This document shows, in pieces, positions 27,904 to 37,196 of a stretch of DNA of 37,238 nucleotides. The notes beneath the pieces were generated by a model that saw nothing but the letters and a program-made list of their open reading frames with translations, was not told the origin of the DNA and ran no database searches. The translations under genes and the position numbers were made by a program. Each line of letters begins with the position of its first letter. The stretch's first letter is position 1. The stretch lies in sequence record SRR2962707_3290. One strand, given 5' to 3'.

Positions 27904-27999
27904 AAACAGCCGCAGCGAACAAAAATCGGGACGGGGCCACTCCTGGCGCCCCGCTCCTGCAATCATGCTTTCTCACATCCGTCAGGGTAGCAAAACCAA

Positions 28000-28518
28000 A
28001 TGATGCTAATGATCGTTTTCATACCGGTCGCCATCACATTGCGGCTGGTCACGCTCGCCATCTCCATCCGGAATGAAAAACGCCTCTTGAGCAACGGCGC
28101 GACCAAATACGGCGCAGCGACGTCCACCATATTGGCACTCGCCCATATCGGCTTCTATCTCGCGGCCATCGCCGAGGGGGTGTGGCGGGAAGAGCCGGTC
28201 TCATGGATCAGCTGGGCAGGCGTTGTAATCTATGGCCTTGCCATGTGTGCGTTGTTCTGGGTCATCGGCACGCTGGGCCGGTTGTGGACGGTCAAGCTGA
28301 TCATCGCCCACGATCACACGTTGACGACGAACCGGCTTTTTTCGCTGGTGAGACATCCCAACTACTACCTCAATATCATCCCTGAACTGATCGGTTTCGC
28401 TCTGGCGCTGCAGGCCTTTACCAGTTTGATCGCCGGGCTGCCGCTCTACCTGATCCTCTTGGCGATGCGCATCCGCCAGGAGGAAAGCGTCATGCGCCGG
28501 CACTTCGCAGACTACTAA
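28000..28518 (+). CDS. Isoprenylcysteine carboxyl methyltransferase (ICMT/YpbQ-like) membrane protein
   Basis: SIRNEKRL, LGRLWTVKL, VRHPNYY, RIRQEE. Confidence 0.85.
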   Translation: MMLMIVFIPVAITLRLVTLAISIRNEKRLLSNGATKYGAATSTILALAHIGFYLAAIAEGVWREEPVSWISWAGVVIYGLAMCALFWVIGTLGRLWTVKLIIAHDHTLTTNRLFSLVRHPNYYLNIIPELIGFALALQAFTSLIAGLPLYLILLAMRIRQEESVMRRHFADY

Positions 28519-28559
28519 GCGCGGTCTACGGCTCGTCCGGTTGCGGATATTATCAGAGC

Positions 28560-28945
28560 CCTTTTTCGCGCATGAAAACGCGTGATCGTGTCGATACACG
28601 TGTGCCGGGCCGGCTTGTGGTCGACCAGGATTGCGGCTTTCGAGCGGGACGAAATGGGCATCGGGAATCGCCGCGGCCAGTGCGCGTCCCCGGTCCAACC
28701 GAATGCGCTGGCCGTATTTCGAGTGCAGCACGATGGTGGGAACGCCGACTTCGGCAAGCCGGTGAAGGACGTCGATCTCGCCGAAGGCGTCCTGAAAACG
28801 TGCGGCGTTGCTCGGCGATGTCGTATGCCGCTGGAACTCGTCGAGCCAGGCGAGCTCGGCAGTTTTGCCTCAGGCATGAATGTCTTGGAGAAGGTGTGGC
28901 GATAGGCCGGATTGTCGATGCCCCAGCCAAACTCGGTCAGCCGCC
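28560..28945 (-). pseudogene. Frameshifted remnant of an alpha/beta-hydrolase domain (type often fused to regulators or cyclases)
   Basis: Reconstructs across frames as GWGIDNPAYRHTFSKTFMPEA / ELAWLDEFQRHTTSPSNAARFQDAFGEIDV...PTIVLHS...AAAIPDAHFVPLESRN / ILVDH; frameshifts near 28862 and 28630; N-terminus missing. Confidence 0.75.
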
Positions 28946-29053
28946 GACTTTAAGACCCGCGCCGTCAGCGGGTTGGGCTTCAGACGCATCCTAACCGCCT
29001 CAACTCTCTTGCTCTTGCAGGGTTTGAACAAACATCGGCGATGACACAGGCCA

Positions 29054-29095
29054 TTGACACGATCCAATTAATTGATAAAGTCAATTAATTGGATC
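29054..29095 (+). promoter_or_regulatory. Promoter overlapped by a perfect 15-5-15 inverted repeat (candidate MarR operator)
   Basis: TTGACA at 29054-29059; GATCCAATTAATTGA-TAAAG-TCAATTAATTGGATC at 29061-29095. Confidence 0.75.
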
Positions 29096-29198
29096 TTTTA
29101 TCAGCCGTAAAATATATAGATATTCCACATATAGAATGATTAAATCAAATAAATCGGCCGACGACGCGGAGCGTTTTGCCAAAGGATTTTCGTAGGCG

Positions 29199-30113
29199 AT
29201 GAAACTCAAAATCGACCACCATCCCGACCCAATGATCGGCATGATGCCAATGTTCTACGCCTTGGATGCAGGGCTGTTCGAGAAGCGCGGCATCGAACCC
29301 GAATTTGTTCAGCGGACCAACGTTCAGGCGATTGAGGACATGCGCGGGGGTCGAATGGATTTGTCGTTTTCAGGTCCGACACTAACGATCATGGCGCGGG
29401 AGCGGTTTGGCCTAAACACAAAGTTCGTTTCCGCTGCTGCTCTTCGTGGGGCCTACAATGGCCGCCAGGCCGACTTTAACAATATCGTCGCGGCACATGG
29501 CGTAGAAATCACCCAACCAAGCGACTTCGAGGGAAAGCGGCTGGGTGTGTTTGCGCTTGATGGCGGAATTACCCACTCGGGACCACTTTATCTATTTAAC
29601 AAGCACGGGGTTGATGCGGCGACTATCCAATGGCGGACTATGCCCTTCCACCGGATGGCTGACGCCATGTCCGCCGGGGAGATCGACATCGCCGTCAATG
29701 TCGAGCCGTTCGTCACAATGATGACCAGGCGGGGGCTGGGCCGGACGGTCGACGATGTCTTTGGTTGCGGCTCTCTGGCCATGGCAACGACAGGAAACCC
29801 ATCGCTGGTGTCCAATTGGTGGGCCGTTCGCGAGACCTTCGATGCCAATCCGGCACTGTTTGTTGAAACCAACGCGGTCCTCAACGAAGCCATAAATCAA
29901 ATCTGCGCCGATCCGGAGGCTGGATTGGATGCAATGTCCCGCCAAACCGGGCAGAAACTCGAACTCTTGCGCGAGATCGGACTGCGCACGAGTTTCCTTC
30001 ATGCCTGCGCCATGGACGCTCCCGAAATCAGAGAGATGTACGAGCGATGGGCTCGGGTACTCAGGGGTGCGGGGCTGATCGAGAGGGACGTGGACAGTAG
30101 CGTATTTTTCTAG
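29199..30113 (+). CDS. NMT1/SsuA-fold protein without signal peptide
   Basis: 'PMFYALDAGLFEKRGI', 'SDFEGKRLGV', 'MPF..M..AM..GEIDIAVNVEPF'; in-frame TAG at 29193-29195 rules out an N-terminal extension. Confidence 0.8.
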   Translation: MKLKIDHHPDPMIGMMPMFYALDAGLFEKRGIEPEFVQRTNVQAIEDMRGGRMDLSFSGPTLTIMARERFGLNTKFVSAAALRGAYNGRQADFNNIVAAHGVEITQPSDFEGKRLGVFALDGGITHSGPLYLFNKHGVDAATIQWRTMPFHRMADAMSAGEIDIAVNVEPFVTMMTRRGLGRTVDDVFGCGSLAMATTGNPSLVSNWWAVRETFDANPALFVETNAVLNEAINQICADPEAGLDAMSRQTGQKLELLREIGLRTSFLHACAMDAPEIREMYERWARVLRGAGLIERDVDSSVFF

Positions 30114-30159
30114 ACCTGCCCGGGAGGGAACGGGCGGATAATCAACCAGGAGGGATGAA

Positions 30160-31158
30160 ATGTTTCGCAAGACCATAGTACTGGCCACCGCGCTCAGCGG
30201 AGCCATGATGCATATGCCTGTTTCAATGGCGGCCGACGAGTTGCAAGACACCACACTCTATATCGGTTGGCGTGCCGAAGCCGAGTTCGGAGGGTTTTTT
30301 CAGGCACTGGCCACCGGCCTGTATGAAGAGCACGGTCTCAATGTCGAGATTCAACTCGGCAATCCGCAAAGCAATCCTGCTCAACAACTGATTGCCGGCA
30401 AGGTGGATTTTGCGGTCGGTAGCAGTGGGACCGCCCTCAACGCCGCTCGGGAAGAGGCGCCGATTACGGCCGTGGCAGCGATGTTTCAGAAGGACCCGCG
30501 AATAATGGTGGGCCATCCCAATCAGGGCTATCAGAGCCTTGAGGATATGGTGGGGCGCACAGCCTATGTCGGGGCCCTCGGAATGGCGACTTTCTGGCCA
30601 TACCTTCGCCAGGAGTTCGGTTTCAGCGATGAGGACGTGAAGCCTTATGCCTTCTCGATTGCTCCGTTCGTCGCCGACGAATCCGCCATCCAGCAAGGTT
30701 ACGCCACCAATGAACCACACGCGGTTCGCATGGCGGGCATAGAAGATCCGGTCTCATTTCTGCTGCACGACTACGGCTACCGGCCATATGCTGTAAACAT
30801 CATGGCCCGGCAAGACGACATCGCAAACCGCCCTGACTTCGTGCAGGCTTTCGTCAATGCTTCGATCGAAGGCTGGCAGGAGTATCTGCATGGTGATGCG
30901 TCGTCAGGCAATGCGTTGATTAAGGAACGCAACCCGGACATGGAGGACGAGGTGCTTGACTTCGCACTCGAAACAATCCGCGAGGGTGGTTTCGTGGATG
31001 CTGAAGATGCCGCGGAACTCGGCATCGGAGCCATGACCGATGAGCGCTGGCGAGAGTACTACGATACCATGGTATCGGTCGGGGTTCTGCCCGATGACGT
31101 CGACCTGTCCAGAGCTTACACCCTGCAGTTCGTGAACAACGGGGTGGGTCTTCAGTGA
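30160..31158 (+). CDS. NMT1/THI5-type ABC substrate-binding protein
   Basis: Signal peptide; WRAEAEFGGFFQA, FQKDP, QQGYATNEP, GIGAMTDERW; AGGAGG RBS. Confidence 0.9.
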   Translation: MFRKTIVLATALSGAMMHMPVSMAADELQDTTLYIGWRAEAEFGGFFQALATGLYEEHGLNVEIQLGNPQSNPAQQLIAGKVDFAVGSSGTALNAAREEAPITAVAAMFQKDPRIMVGHPNQGYQSLEDMVGRTAYVGALGMATFWPYLRQEFGFSDEDVKPYAFSIAPFVADESAIQQGYATNEPHAVRMAGIEDPVSFLLHDYGYRPYAVNIMARQDDIANRPDFVQAFVNASIEGWQEYLHGDASSGNALIKERNPDMEDEVLDFALETIREGGFVDAEDAAELGIGAMTDERWREYYDTMVSVGVLPDDVDLSRAYTLQFVNNGVGLQ

Positions 31159-31919
31159 GTGAACTGCCCACCACTGCTGAAGCCACCGTGCGATTGCGCG
31201 GTATCTCGAAAACCTTCAGCAACGGCACCACCGCGGTGTCCCGGTTGGACCTCGACCTGGAACCGGGCAGCTTTGTGAGCCTGCTCGGTCCGTCGGGCTG
31301 CGGAAAGAGCACGGTCCTGCGCATGATCGCTGGGTTGATTGAGCCCAGCGAAGGAACGGTGTCGGGGAGTCGCGAGGTCGGCCGCATCGGCTTTGTCTTT
31401 CAAGAACCTACCCTGATGCCCTGGGGGTCCGCCCTTGCCAATATCCGGTTGCCTCTCGACCTGGCCGGAGTCGCTTCGTCAGAGGCAAATATGCGAGCCA
31501 GGGATGCGCTGGCACAGGTGGGGCTTGAAGGCTTTGCGGACGCCTATCCGCGTGAACTTTCCGGAGGGATGAAGATGCGCGTGTCACTGGCACGCGCGCT
31601 TACCACCGAACCCGATATCCTCCTGCTTGACGAGCCTTTTGCCGCGCTTGACGAGATTACCCGATTCAAACTCAATAACGATCTTCTGGCGCTCTGGCAG
31701 GCCAAGCGCTTTACCGCTGTGTTCGTTACGCACTCGGTGTTCGAATCTGTTTACCTGTCCCAAAGAGTAGTGGTGATGGCCGCTCGCCCGGGTCGGGTGT
31801 CCGATGATCTCGCCATCAAGACCCACTTGGCTCGCGGGGAAGAATTCAGGACGTCTGCCGACTACGCGCAGTTGTGCCGCAACGCTTCACAGGCGCTTGA
31901 AAAGGCGATGGCATCATGA
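31155..31919 (+). CDS. NitT/TauT-type ABC ATP-binding protein
   Basis: GTGA overlap; GPSGCGKS, LSGGMKMR, LLDEPFAALD. Confidence 0.93.
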   Translation: MSELPTTAEATVRLRGISKTFSNGTTAVSRLDLDLEPGSFVSLLGPSGCGKSTVLRMIAGLIEPSEGTVSGSREVGRIGFVFQEPTLMPWGSALANIRLPLDLAGVASSEANMRARDALAQVGLEGFADAYPRELSGGMKMRVSLARALTTEPDILLLDEPFAALDEITRFKLNNDLLALWQAKRFTAVFVTHSVFESVYLSQRVVVMAARPGRVSDDLAIKTHLARGEEFRTSADYAQLCRNASQALEKAMAS

Positions 31920-32707
31920 CCAAACCTACTTCCTTGCGTCGCTTCGGATTGCCGATCGGCCTCGGCATCCTCACTCTTGTCTTTTGGGAAGGCTGCGTAA
32001 GAGCGTTCAACGTATCGCCCTTCCTTCTGCCTGGTCCGGTCGCGATCTATTATGCCCTTGTCGATGATTGGGGGCTGTTGTCGGACGCACTTCTGGTGAC
32101 GTTGCAGATTACCGGCCTGGCGTTTGTCTGCGCTGTGCTTGGCGGGGGGCTTATTGCCGTGCTGTTCAGTCTTTCGAGGTCGGTAGAAACAACATTGTTT
32201 CCCTATGCGGTCATCATGCAGGTGACGCCGGTTGTTGCCATCGCACCCTTGCTCATTATCTGGATAGACAATGTGCGGCTGGCGCTATTGGTCTGCGCTT
32301 GGCTGGTGGCGTTCTTTCCGATCCTGTCAAATACGACCGTCGGACTGAACAGTTCCGATCACAACCTCAGGGACATGTTCCGCCTGTATGGCGCCACCAC
32401 GCGTCAAACCCTGTTTCGGCTGCGCATGCCTTCGGCAATGCCGTACTTTTTGACCGGCGTCCGCATTTCGGGCGGGTTGGCTCTCACTGGTGCGGTCGTG
32501 GCGGAATTTGTCGCGGGCACCAGTGGCCAGGGTTCTGGTCTGGCCTATAGAATTCTCGAGGCGAGCTATCAACTCCAGACCCCACGCATGTTTGCTGCGT
32601 TATTGCTGATCTCCGTTACGGGGGTGCTTATATTTCTGGTCACCAGCTTTATATCGCGACGCATTTTGGGACGTTGGCACGAAAGCGCCATGGAGCGGGA
32701 GAAGTGA
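31916..32707 (+). CDS. NitT/TauT-type ABC permease
   Basis: ATGA overlap; QVTPVVAIAPL, FFPILSNT, GAVVAEFVAG. Confidence 0.92.
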   Translation: MTKPTSLRRFGLPIGLGILTLVFWEGCVRAFNVSPFLLPGPVAIYYALVDDWGLLSDALLVTLQITGLAFVCAVLGGGLIAVLFSLSRSVETTLFPYAVIMQVTPVVAIAPLLIIWIDNVRLALLVCAWLVAFFPILSNTTVGLNSSDHNLRDMFRLYGATTRQTLFRLRMPSAMPYFLTGVRISGGLALTGAVVAEFVAGTSGQGSGLAYRILEASYQLQTPRMFAALLLISVTGVLIFLVTSFISRRILGRWHESAMEREK

Positions 32708-34062
32708 GCTCGCACCTGCTTGATCACATCCAGGCCCAAGGTGACGGGCGCCGGCTTTGCCGGGCCCGCATACCCTCGGCCCTGCTCGCAGATCCCGGAA
32801 GAATACCTGTCGAAACAGATGGATTTGCTCATATAGATCTCACCTTGGCAGACAGCAAAATCGTTGGGCTTGATCCGGCCGGTCAAGATGTTGACCAAGG
32901 GTGCGATCTTGCCGGTGCAATAATCTTGCCCGTACTTGCCGATATCCACACTCATCTCGACAAATCCTATATCGGGCGGCGGGTCACCAATCCCGATAAC
33001 TCCTTGCTTGGGGCGGTGAGAGCGACGACCAGTGACCACGAGAACTGGACCGAAGACGATCTTTGGACCCGAGCTGATTTTGCGCTGCGCTGCGCTTATG
33101 CGCATGGAACGGCCTACATGCGAAGCCATCTCGACGTCTTGGGGGGGCAGTCGAACACGGTCTGGCGCACCATGGCCAGGCTCCGGGACGAATGGCGCGG
33201 CCGCATCGAATTGCAGTTTGTTGCGATGGCTCCCCTGGGGTTCTACCTTGACGAGGGAGCCTCCGGGTTTGCCGGTCGGGCAGCGGAGCATGGCGCCCTT
33301 CTTGGCGGCGTCACCGTACTCAGAAATGTACCCGCAGCGGAAATGGACAATAAGCTGGTCAATGCGTTGAACGCCTTGTTCGGTCACGCGCGCACACACA
33401 ATCTCGATATTGATCTGCATGTTGATGAAAGCCTGGATCCGGGTGCCACCACATTGCTTTCCGTTGCGGACGCCACGGAGCGCCATAACTGGCAGGGACG
33501 CGTGACCTGCGGCCACTGCTGCAGCTTGTCGCAAATGGACGACGAACAGCGGGAGGCAATCCTCGCCCGGTGTTCGATGGCCGGCATCAGTCTGGTAAGC
33601 TTGCCGCTGGTCAACACTTGGCTCCAGGACAGGCGGACAAATCGAACGCCCACAAGACGCGGCATCGCACCCTTGCTGGAAGCCAGGGCACACGGAATCC
33701 CTATTGGACTCGCCAGCGACAATTGCGGCGATCCGTTTCATCCGTTTGGTGACTACGATCTCATGGAAGTTCTGCGGGAAGGCACTCGAACGGCGCAATT
33801 GTCCGAACGATCACCTGATTGGGTGGAGAGCGTTACCACGGTGCCGGCCAGTTTGATGGGGGCCGATGTCCGGCTGCGCGTAGCGGGTGGAGCCGACTTC
33901 ATAGTATTCTCGGCGCGGAGCTTAGAAGAAATGCTGACCCGGCCCCAGTATGATCGTGTGGTTTTCAGGAGCGGGCGGTCGCTGAGACAACCATTGCCTT
34001 CATTTGCCGAACTCGACAGAGTGTTCGCAGGCGACAGAGTAGGACTTCAGGGGCTTCGATAG
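32704..34062 (+). CDS. Amidohydrolase-superfamily deaminase, bacterial cytosine/pterin deaminase-like
   Basis: DIHTHLDKS, DLHVDES, GHCCSLS, ASDNCGDPFHPFGDYD; GTGA overlap with the permease. Confidence 0.87.
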   Translation: MSSHLLDHIQAQGDGRRLCRARIPSALLADPGRIPVETDGFAHIDLTLADSKIVGLDPAGQDVDQGCDLAGAIILPVLADIHTHLDKSYIGRRVTNPDNSLLGAVRATTSDHENWTEDDLWTRADFALRCAYAHGTAYMRSHLDVLGGQSNTVWRTMARLRDEWRGRIELQFVAMAPLGFYLDEGASGFAGRAAEHGALLGGVTVLRNVPAAEMDNKLVNALNALFGHARTHNLDIDLHVDESLDPGATTLLSVADATERHNWQGRVTCGHCCSLSQMDDEQREAILARCSMAGISLVSLPLVNTWLQDRRTNRTPTRRGIAPLLEARAHGIPIGLASDNCGDPFHPFGDYDLMEVLREGTRTAQLSERSPDWVESVTTVPASLMGADVRLRVAGGADFIVFSARSLEEMLTRPQYDRVVFRSGRSLRQPLPSFAELDRVFAGDRVGLQGLR

Positions 34063-34075
34063 AGTACTATCCGGT

Positions 34076-34540
34076 ATGAGTGAATCGAGAACTTCTTTCC
34101 CCCATTCGGGCGATCTCGTCGCGCCGCATGTGAACACGCTGTCGAAATATCTTACCCGCGCGGCCGTGCAGGACGCGCGCAACAGGTTCGGGCTCGGTCG
34201 GGTTGAATGGCAGGTAATTACGCTCCTGGGGGTGTTTCAACCGATATCCGTGCGCGAGCTTACGTTTCACGCACTGCTTGATCCCGCGCAAATCAGTCGC
34301 GCAATAAAGGGATTGTGCGAACGCGACATTGTCGCAAAGCGCCAAGGTGATCGAGATCAGCGGGAAGTTGCTGTTACACTGACTGCGAAGGGGCTCTCAC
34401 TGCACGCCGATCTGACCATCGCTGCAATTAGTCGCAACAAGGTCGTCACCGAAGGGCTTTCCGTCGAAGAAATTCGCGGCCTCAATGCGATGTTGGACCG
34501 TCTGGTTGAACGAGCAAAAACGCTTGTAGAGACCGAATAG
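34076..34540 (+). CDS. MarR family transcriptional regulator
   Basis: GL..VEWQVI..L, LDPAQISRAIKGL, DQREVAVTLTAKG. Confidence 0.88.
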   Translation: MSESRTSFPHSGDLVAPHVNTLSKYLTRAAVQDARNRFGLGRVEWQVITLLGVFQPISVRELTFHALLDPAQISRAIKGLCERDIVAKRQGDRDQREVAVTLTAKGLSLHADLTIAAISRNKVVTEGLSVEEIRGLNAMLDRLVERAKTLVETE

Positions 34541-34620
34541 GGCCAGCGGATACGGCGACCTTCCGCCTGGCAGAACAAGTTCTGAGCTGCTTGCGCTCAG
34601 CACGATCCAGGCGAACTCGG

Positions 34621-34654
34621 AAAAAAAGGCAGCGGTCCGCTCGGGCCCGCTGCC
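34621..34654 (-). terminator. Rho-independent terminator after the cytochrome c gene
   Basis: Minus strand GGCAGCGG...CCGCTGCC followed by T7. Confidence 0.8.
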
Positions 34655-34661
34655 GAGATGC

Positions 34662-35057
34662 TTATCGGGTGTCGGTGACTTCCTGCACGCTCACTTCATC
34701 GGCATAATCATTGCCGAAACTGGTGCGAATATACCCAACGACCGCCGCGATCTGTTCGTCACTAAGCACGCCGCCAAGGGCCGGCATGGCCTTTTGCCCG
34801 TGCAGGATCAGGTAGATTGCATAGCCGGGATACTCGAGGTTCGGATTGTCAGCTAGCGCGGGATACATTCCTGCACCAACCGCGCCCTGTCCTTCGGGCA
34901 TGTGACAGCCCGAGCAGATGGCATTGTAGATATCCTCGCCATCGGTCTGGGTCAGCATGCCCGGATCCTCGAACATCATGTCCGCGTCCGATTGGGCGAT
35001 GACGGGCGAAGCCATGAGCGCGACAGCCGCCGCCACGGCAAATTTGAACGATTTCAT
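34662..35057 (-). CDS. Periplasmic monoheme class I cytochrome c
   Basis: Sec signal, CSGCH, YPALA, axial Met in AMP, YIRTSFGN; AAGGA RBS. Confidence 0.92.
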   Translation of the reverse strand: MKSFKFAVAAAVALMASPVIAQSDADMMFEDPGMLTQTDGEDIYNAICSGCHMPEGQGAVGAGMYPALADNPNLEYPGYAIYLILHGQKAMPALGGVLSDEQIAAVVGYIRTSFGNDYADEVSVQEVTDTR

Positions 35058-35079
35058 ATCAAATCCTTTCTAGCGGCGA

Positions 35080-36666
35080 TCAGGCGCCAACAACGTGCGC
35101 GTGCAAACGCGTGATTGCGTCGAGGGCGGACAAAATGGCCCCTTCCTGCCACGCCGGCAGATAGGAGATGTGCTCGCCAGCCATCAGCGTGCGACCATCC
35201 ATTGCGGCCGCCGTAGCGTACTGGGCTTCCTTGTCGGACCACAGCCCGTAGCAGCCGAGCACCCATGGCACGCGATGCCAGCTCACCGATATACCATTGG
35301 AAAACTCTTCGGTGTATTGCGGATGGATCTGGGCACCATACTCCACGGCCTTGGCAACGCGCTCCTCGGGCGGCAGGGCATTGAACTGATAGGCCGTCGC
35401 GCCCCAGCTGTACCCGCCAAGCAGCACGCCGGGCCCGTCGCTGAAATAGTCGTTCGAGGGGTACGATATCTGCGAGATGGGCAGGTTGGTATAGCTGATC
35501 CCACCATAAATATGCTCGTCCTGCTCCCAGAAGCGGCGCTTGAACTCAAGGCCGAACTTGATCGAGCCGGCATAAGGCATCGAGTTTATGATGCCGGTCA
35601 TCGGGCCGGAGAAGTTGTGCTCGATTTGCCCAAGGATGGAGAACGGGATGGTGCAGATGCAATAGTCCGCGCTGGCCGTCATTTCCCCTTCGGTGCCGTT
35701 GCTGTCCACATAAGTAACGGTCACACCGAAATCGCTCTGGTCGATTTTTGTGACCTTGGCGTTGTAGGTGATCAGGTCGCCAACGACCTTTTCAAAACCC
35801 TGGGCGATCATGTCCATGCCGCCGACCGGTTGGAACATCGTACCCTGATGATCGATCGAAGAGCCCGTGACCAGATTGGACCAGAGCCGGGATTGCAGGA
35901 TGTCGCTCATCGACAGCGGCTCGGACGGTACCGGCTTGCCATCGACGCCACCGCCCGGATCTTTTTCCCAGCCGCGGAATTCCGACGTGTCCTCGCTTGT
36001 TACGTAGGCATAGTTGTCGTCGAGTACGCCATAGGTCTTCAGCGAATCCAGGAGGAGCTGTGCGTCCTCAGCGGTCACCACTTCGTCGAGGCCGTTCTGG
36101 TTGACGACCTTGGCAAGCAACTCTGAGACATGGCCGCGATAGTCGACATCGATTTCGCGGAAACGCTGCGGCTTGCCGTCAAACGCGTCGGTACGGTGCA
36201 GATAGGCGTTGTAGTTGACCTGCATGAACGGTTCGAGCTTGACGCCCAGCCGCTTGCAATAGTCGAGCACACCGTAATGGTGGTGCGGAATGCGCCACGG
36301 GCCGGGATTGATGTAGTTGCCTTCGGCGAATTTCACATCCTGTTCGAAGCCGCCCAACTCGACATATTTGTCACCGCCACGCAGGGTCCAGCACCGGCCG
36401 CCGGCCTTTTCGCGATACTCGAGAATCTGCACGCTGTAACCCGCATTGCGCAGTTCAAGCGCCGCCGTCATGCCGGCAAGCCCTGCGCCCAGAATCAGGA
36501 CCGACGCGCCGTTGGGGTCACCCTCTAGGTTGATGGGCCCGCTATAGGGCGACTCCTGGGCAAATCCCATGCTGGTCATTGCGTTGTACATCGCCGCGCT
36601 GCCCGCAGCCGTACCGATCATCGTCAGCAGCTGCCGGCGACTCATTTCCGTCTGAAAACCAGACAT
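35080..36666 (-). CDS. Tat-exported flavin monoamine oxidase family protein (L-amino acid oxidase/dehydrogenase-like)
   Basis: SRRQLL signal, GAGLAG, GGRCWT, GPWRIP, AGEH...WQEGA; GGGAGG RBS before ATG at 36666. Confidence 0.88.
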   Translation of the reverse strand: MSGFQTEMSRRQLLTMIGTAAGSAAMYNAMTSMGFAQESPYSGPINLEGDPNGASVLILGAGLAGMTAALELRNAGYSVQILEYREKAGGRCWTLRGGDKYVELGGFEQDVKFAEGNYINPGPWRIPHHHYGVLDYCKRLGVKLEPFMQVNYNAYLHRTDAFDGKPQRFREIDVDYRGHVSELLAKVVNQNGLDEVVTAEDAQLLLDSLKTYGVLDDNYAYVTSEDTSEFRGWEKDPGGGVDGKPVPSEPLSMSDILQSRLWSNLVTGSSIDHQGTMFQPVGGMDMIAQGFEKVVGDLITYNAKVTKIDQSDFGVTVTYVDSNGTEGEMTASADYCICTIPFSILGQIEHNFSGPMTGIINSMPYAGSIKFGLEFKRRFWEQDEHIYGGISYTNLPISQISYPSNDYFSDGPGVLLGGYSWGATAYQFNALPPEERVAKAVEYGAQIHPQYTEEFSNGISVSWHRVPWVLGCYGLWSDKEAQYATAAAMDGRTLMAGEHISYLPAWQEGAILSALDAITRLHAHVVGA

Positions 36667-37196
36667 AGTTCCCTCCCACAATATACCGGCGAACGCGTGA
36701 GAAGCGCGTTCGCCAAGAGCAACGCTAGCCGATGAATTCGATGCTGGCAACCAAAGGTCGCCCCGCTCTGGCGGCCAATGTTCACGCCTTTGCCTCGCCA
36801 ATAAATTTAATTAATTCAATTATATAGGTGTGAACTTGCGGCCTCTCGATTGGCCGTGGTGAGCGGTGCCACCACATTGGCCCAGCCCGGCGCATAGCCG
36901 ATTGGTCCTGATCGCTGACGCTGGTGCCCAGGAAGCGGCACGGTCGATCAACAGGCTATTCGCCTTGCGCACACGAATATCGTTTTTGGGCTCAGGAACA
37001 TGACGCTATCGGATTTTGTCGCATCCAGCGGACCGTCACGCAGGGCCCGAGGCCCGAGAGATTGCCTTCGCTGCCGATTTCTCTATTTGGTCGACCGCCG
37101 GTCGGCGCATCACGAAACCCGAAGAAGCTATTCGCACAAGCCGAAGCAAGTCCCCCGGCGTCGAAACCTTCGAAATCAGCGGTGTTTGGGAAATCA

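Noticed and set aside
32569-33798. 409-aa ORF antisense to the deaminase (likewise 1222-2307 and 35095-36126)
   Set aside because: Fully overlaps motif-bearing genes on the other strand; no recognisable domains
32704-34062. codA gene symbol
   Set aside because: The family includes pterin and other deaminases; specificity cannot be read from motifs
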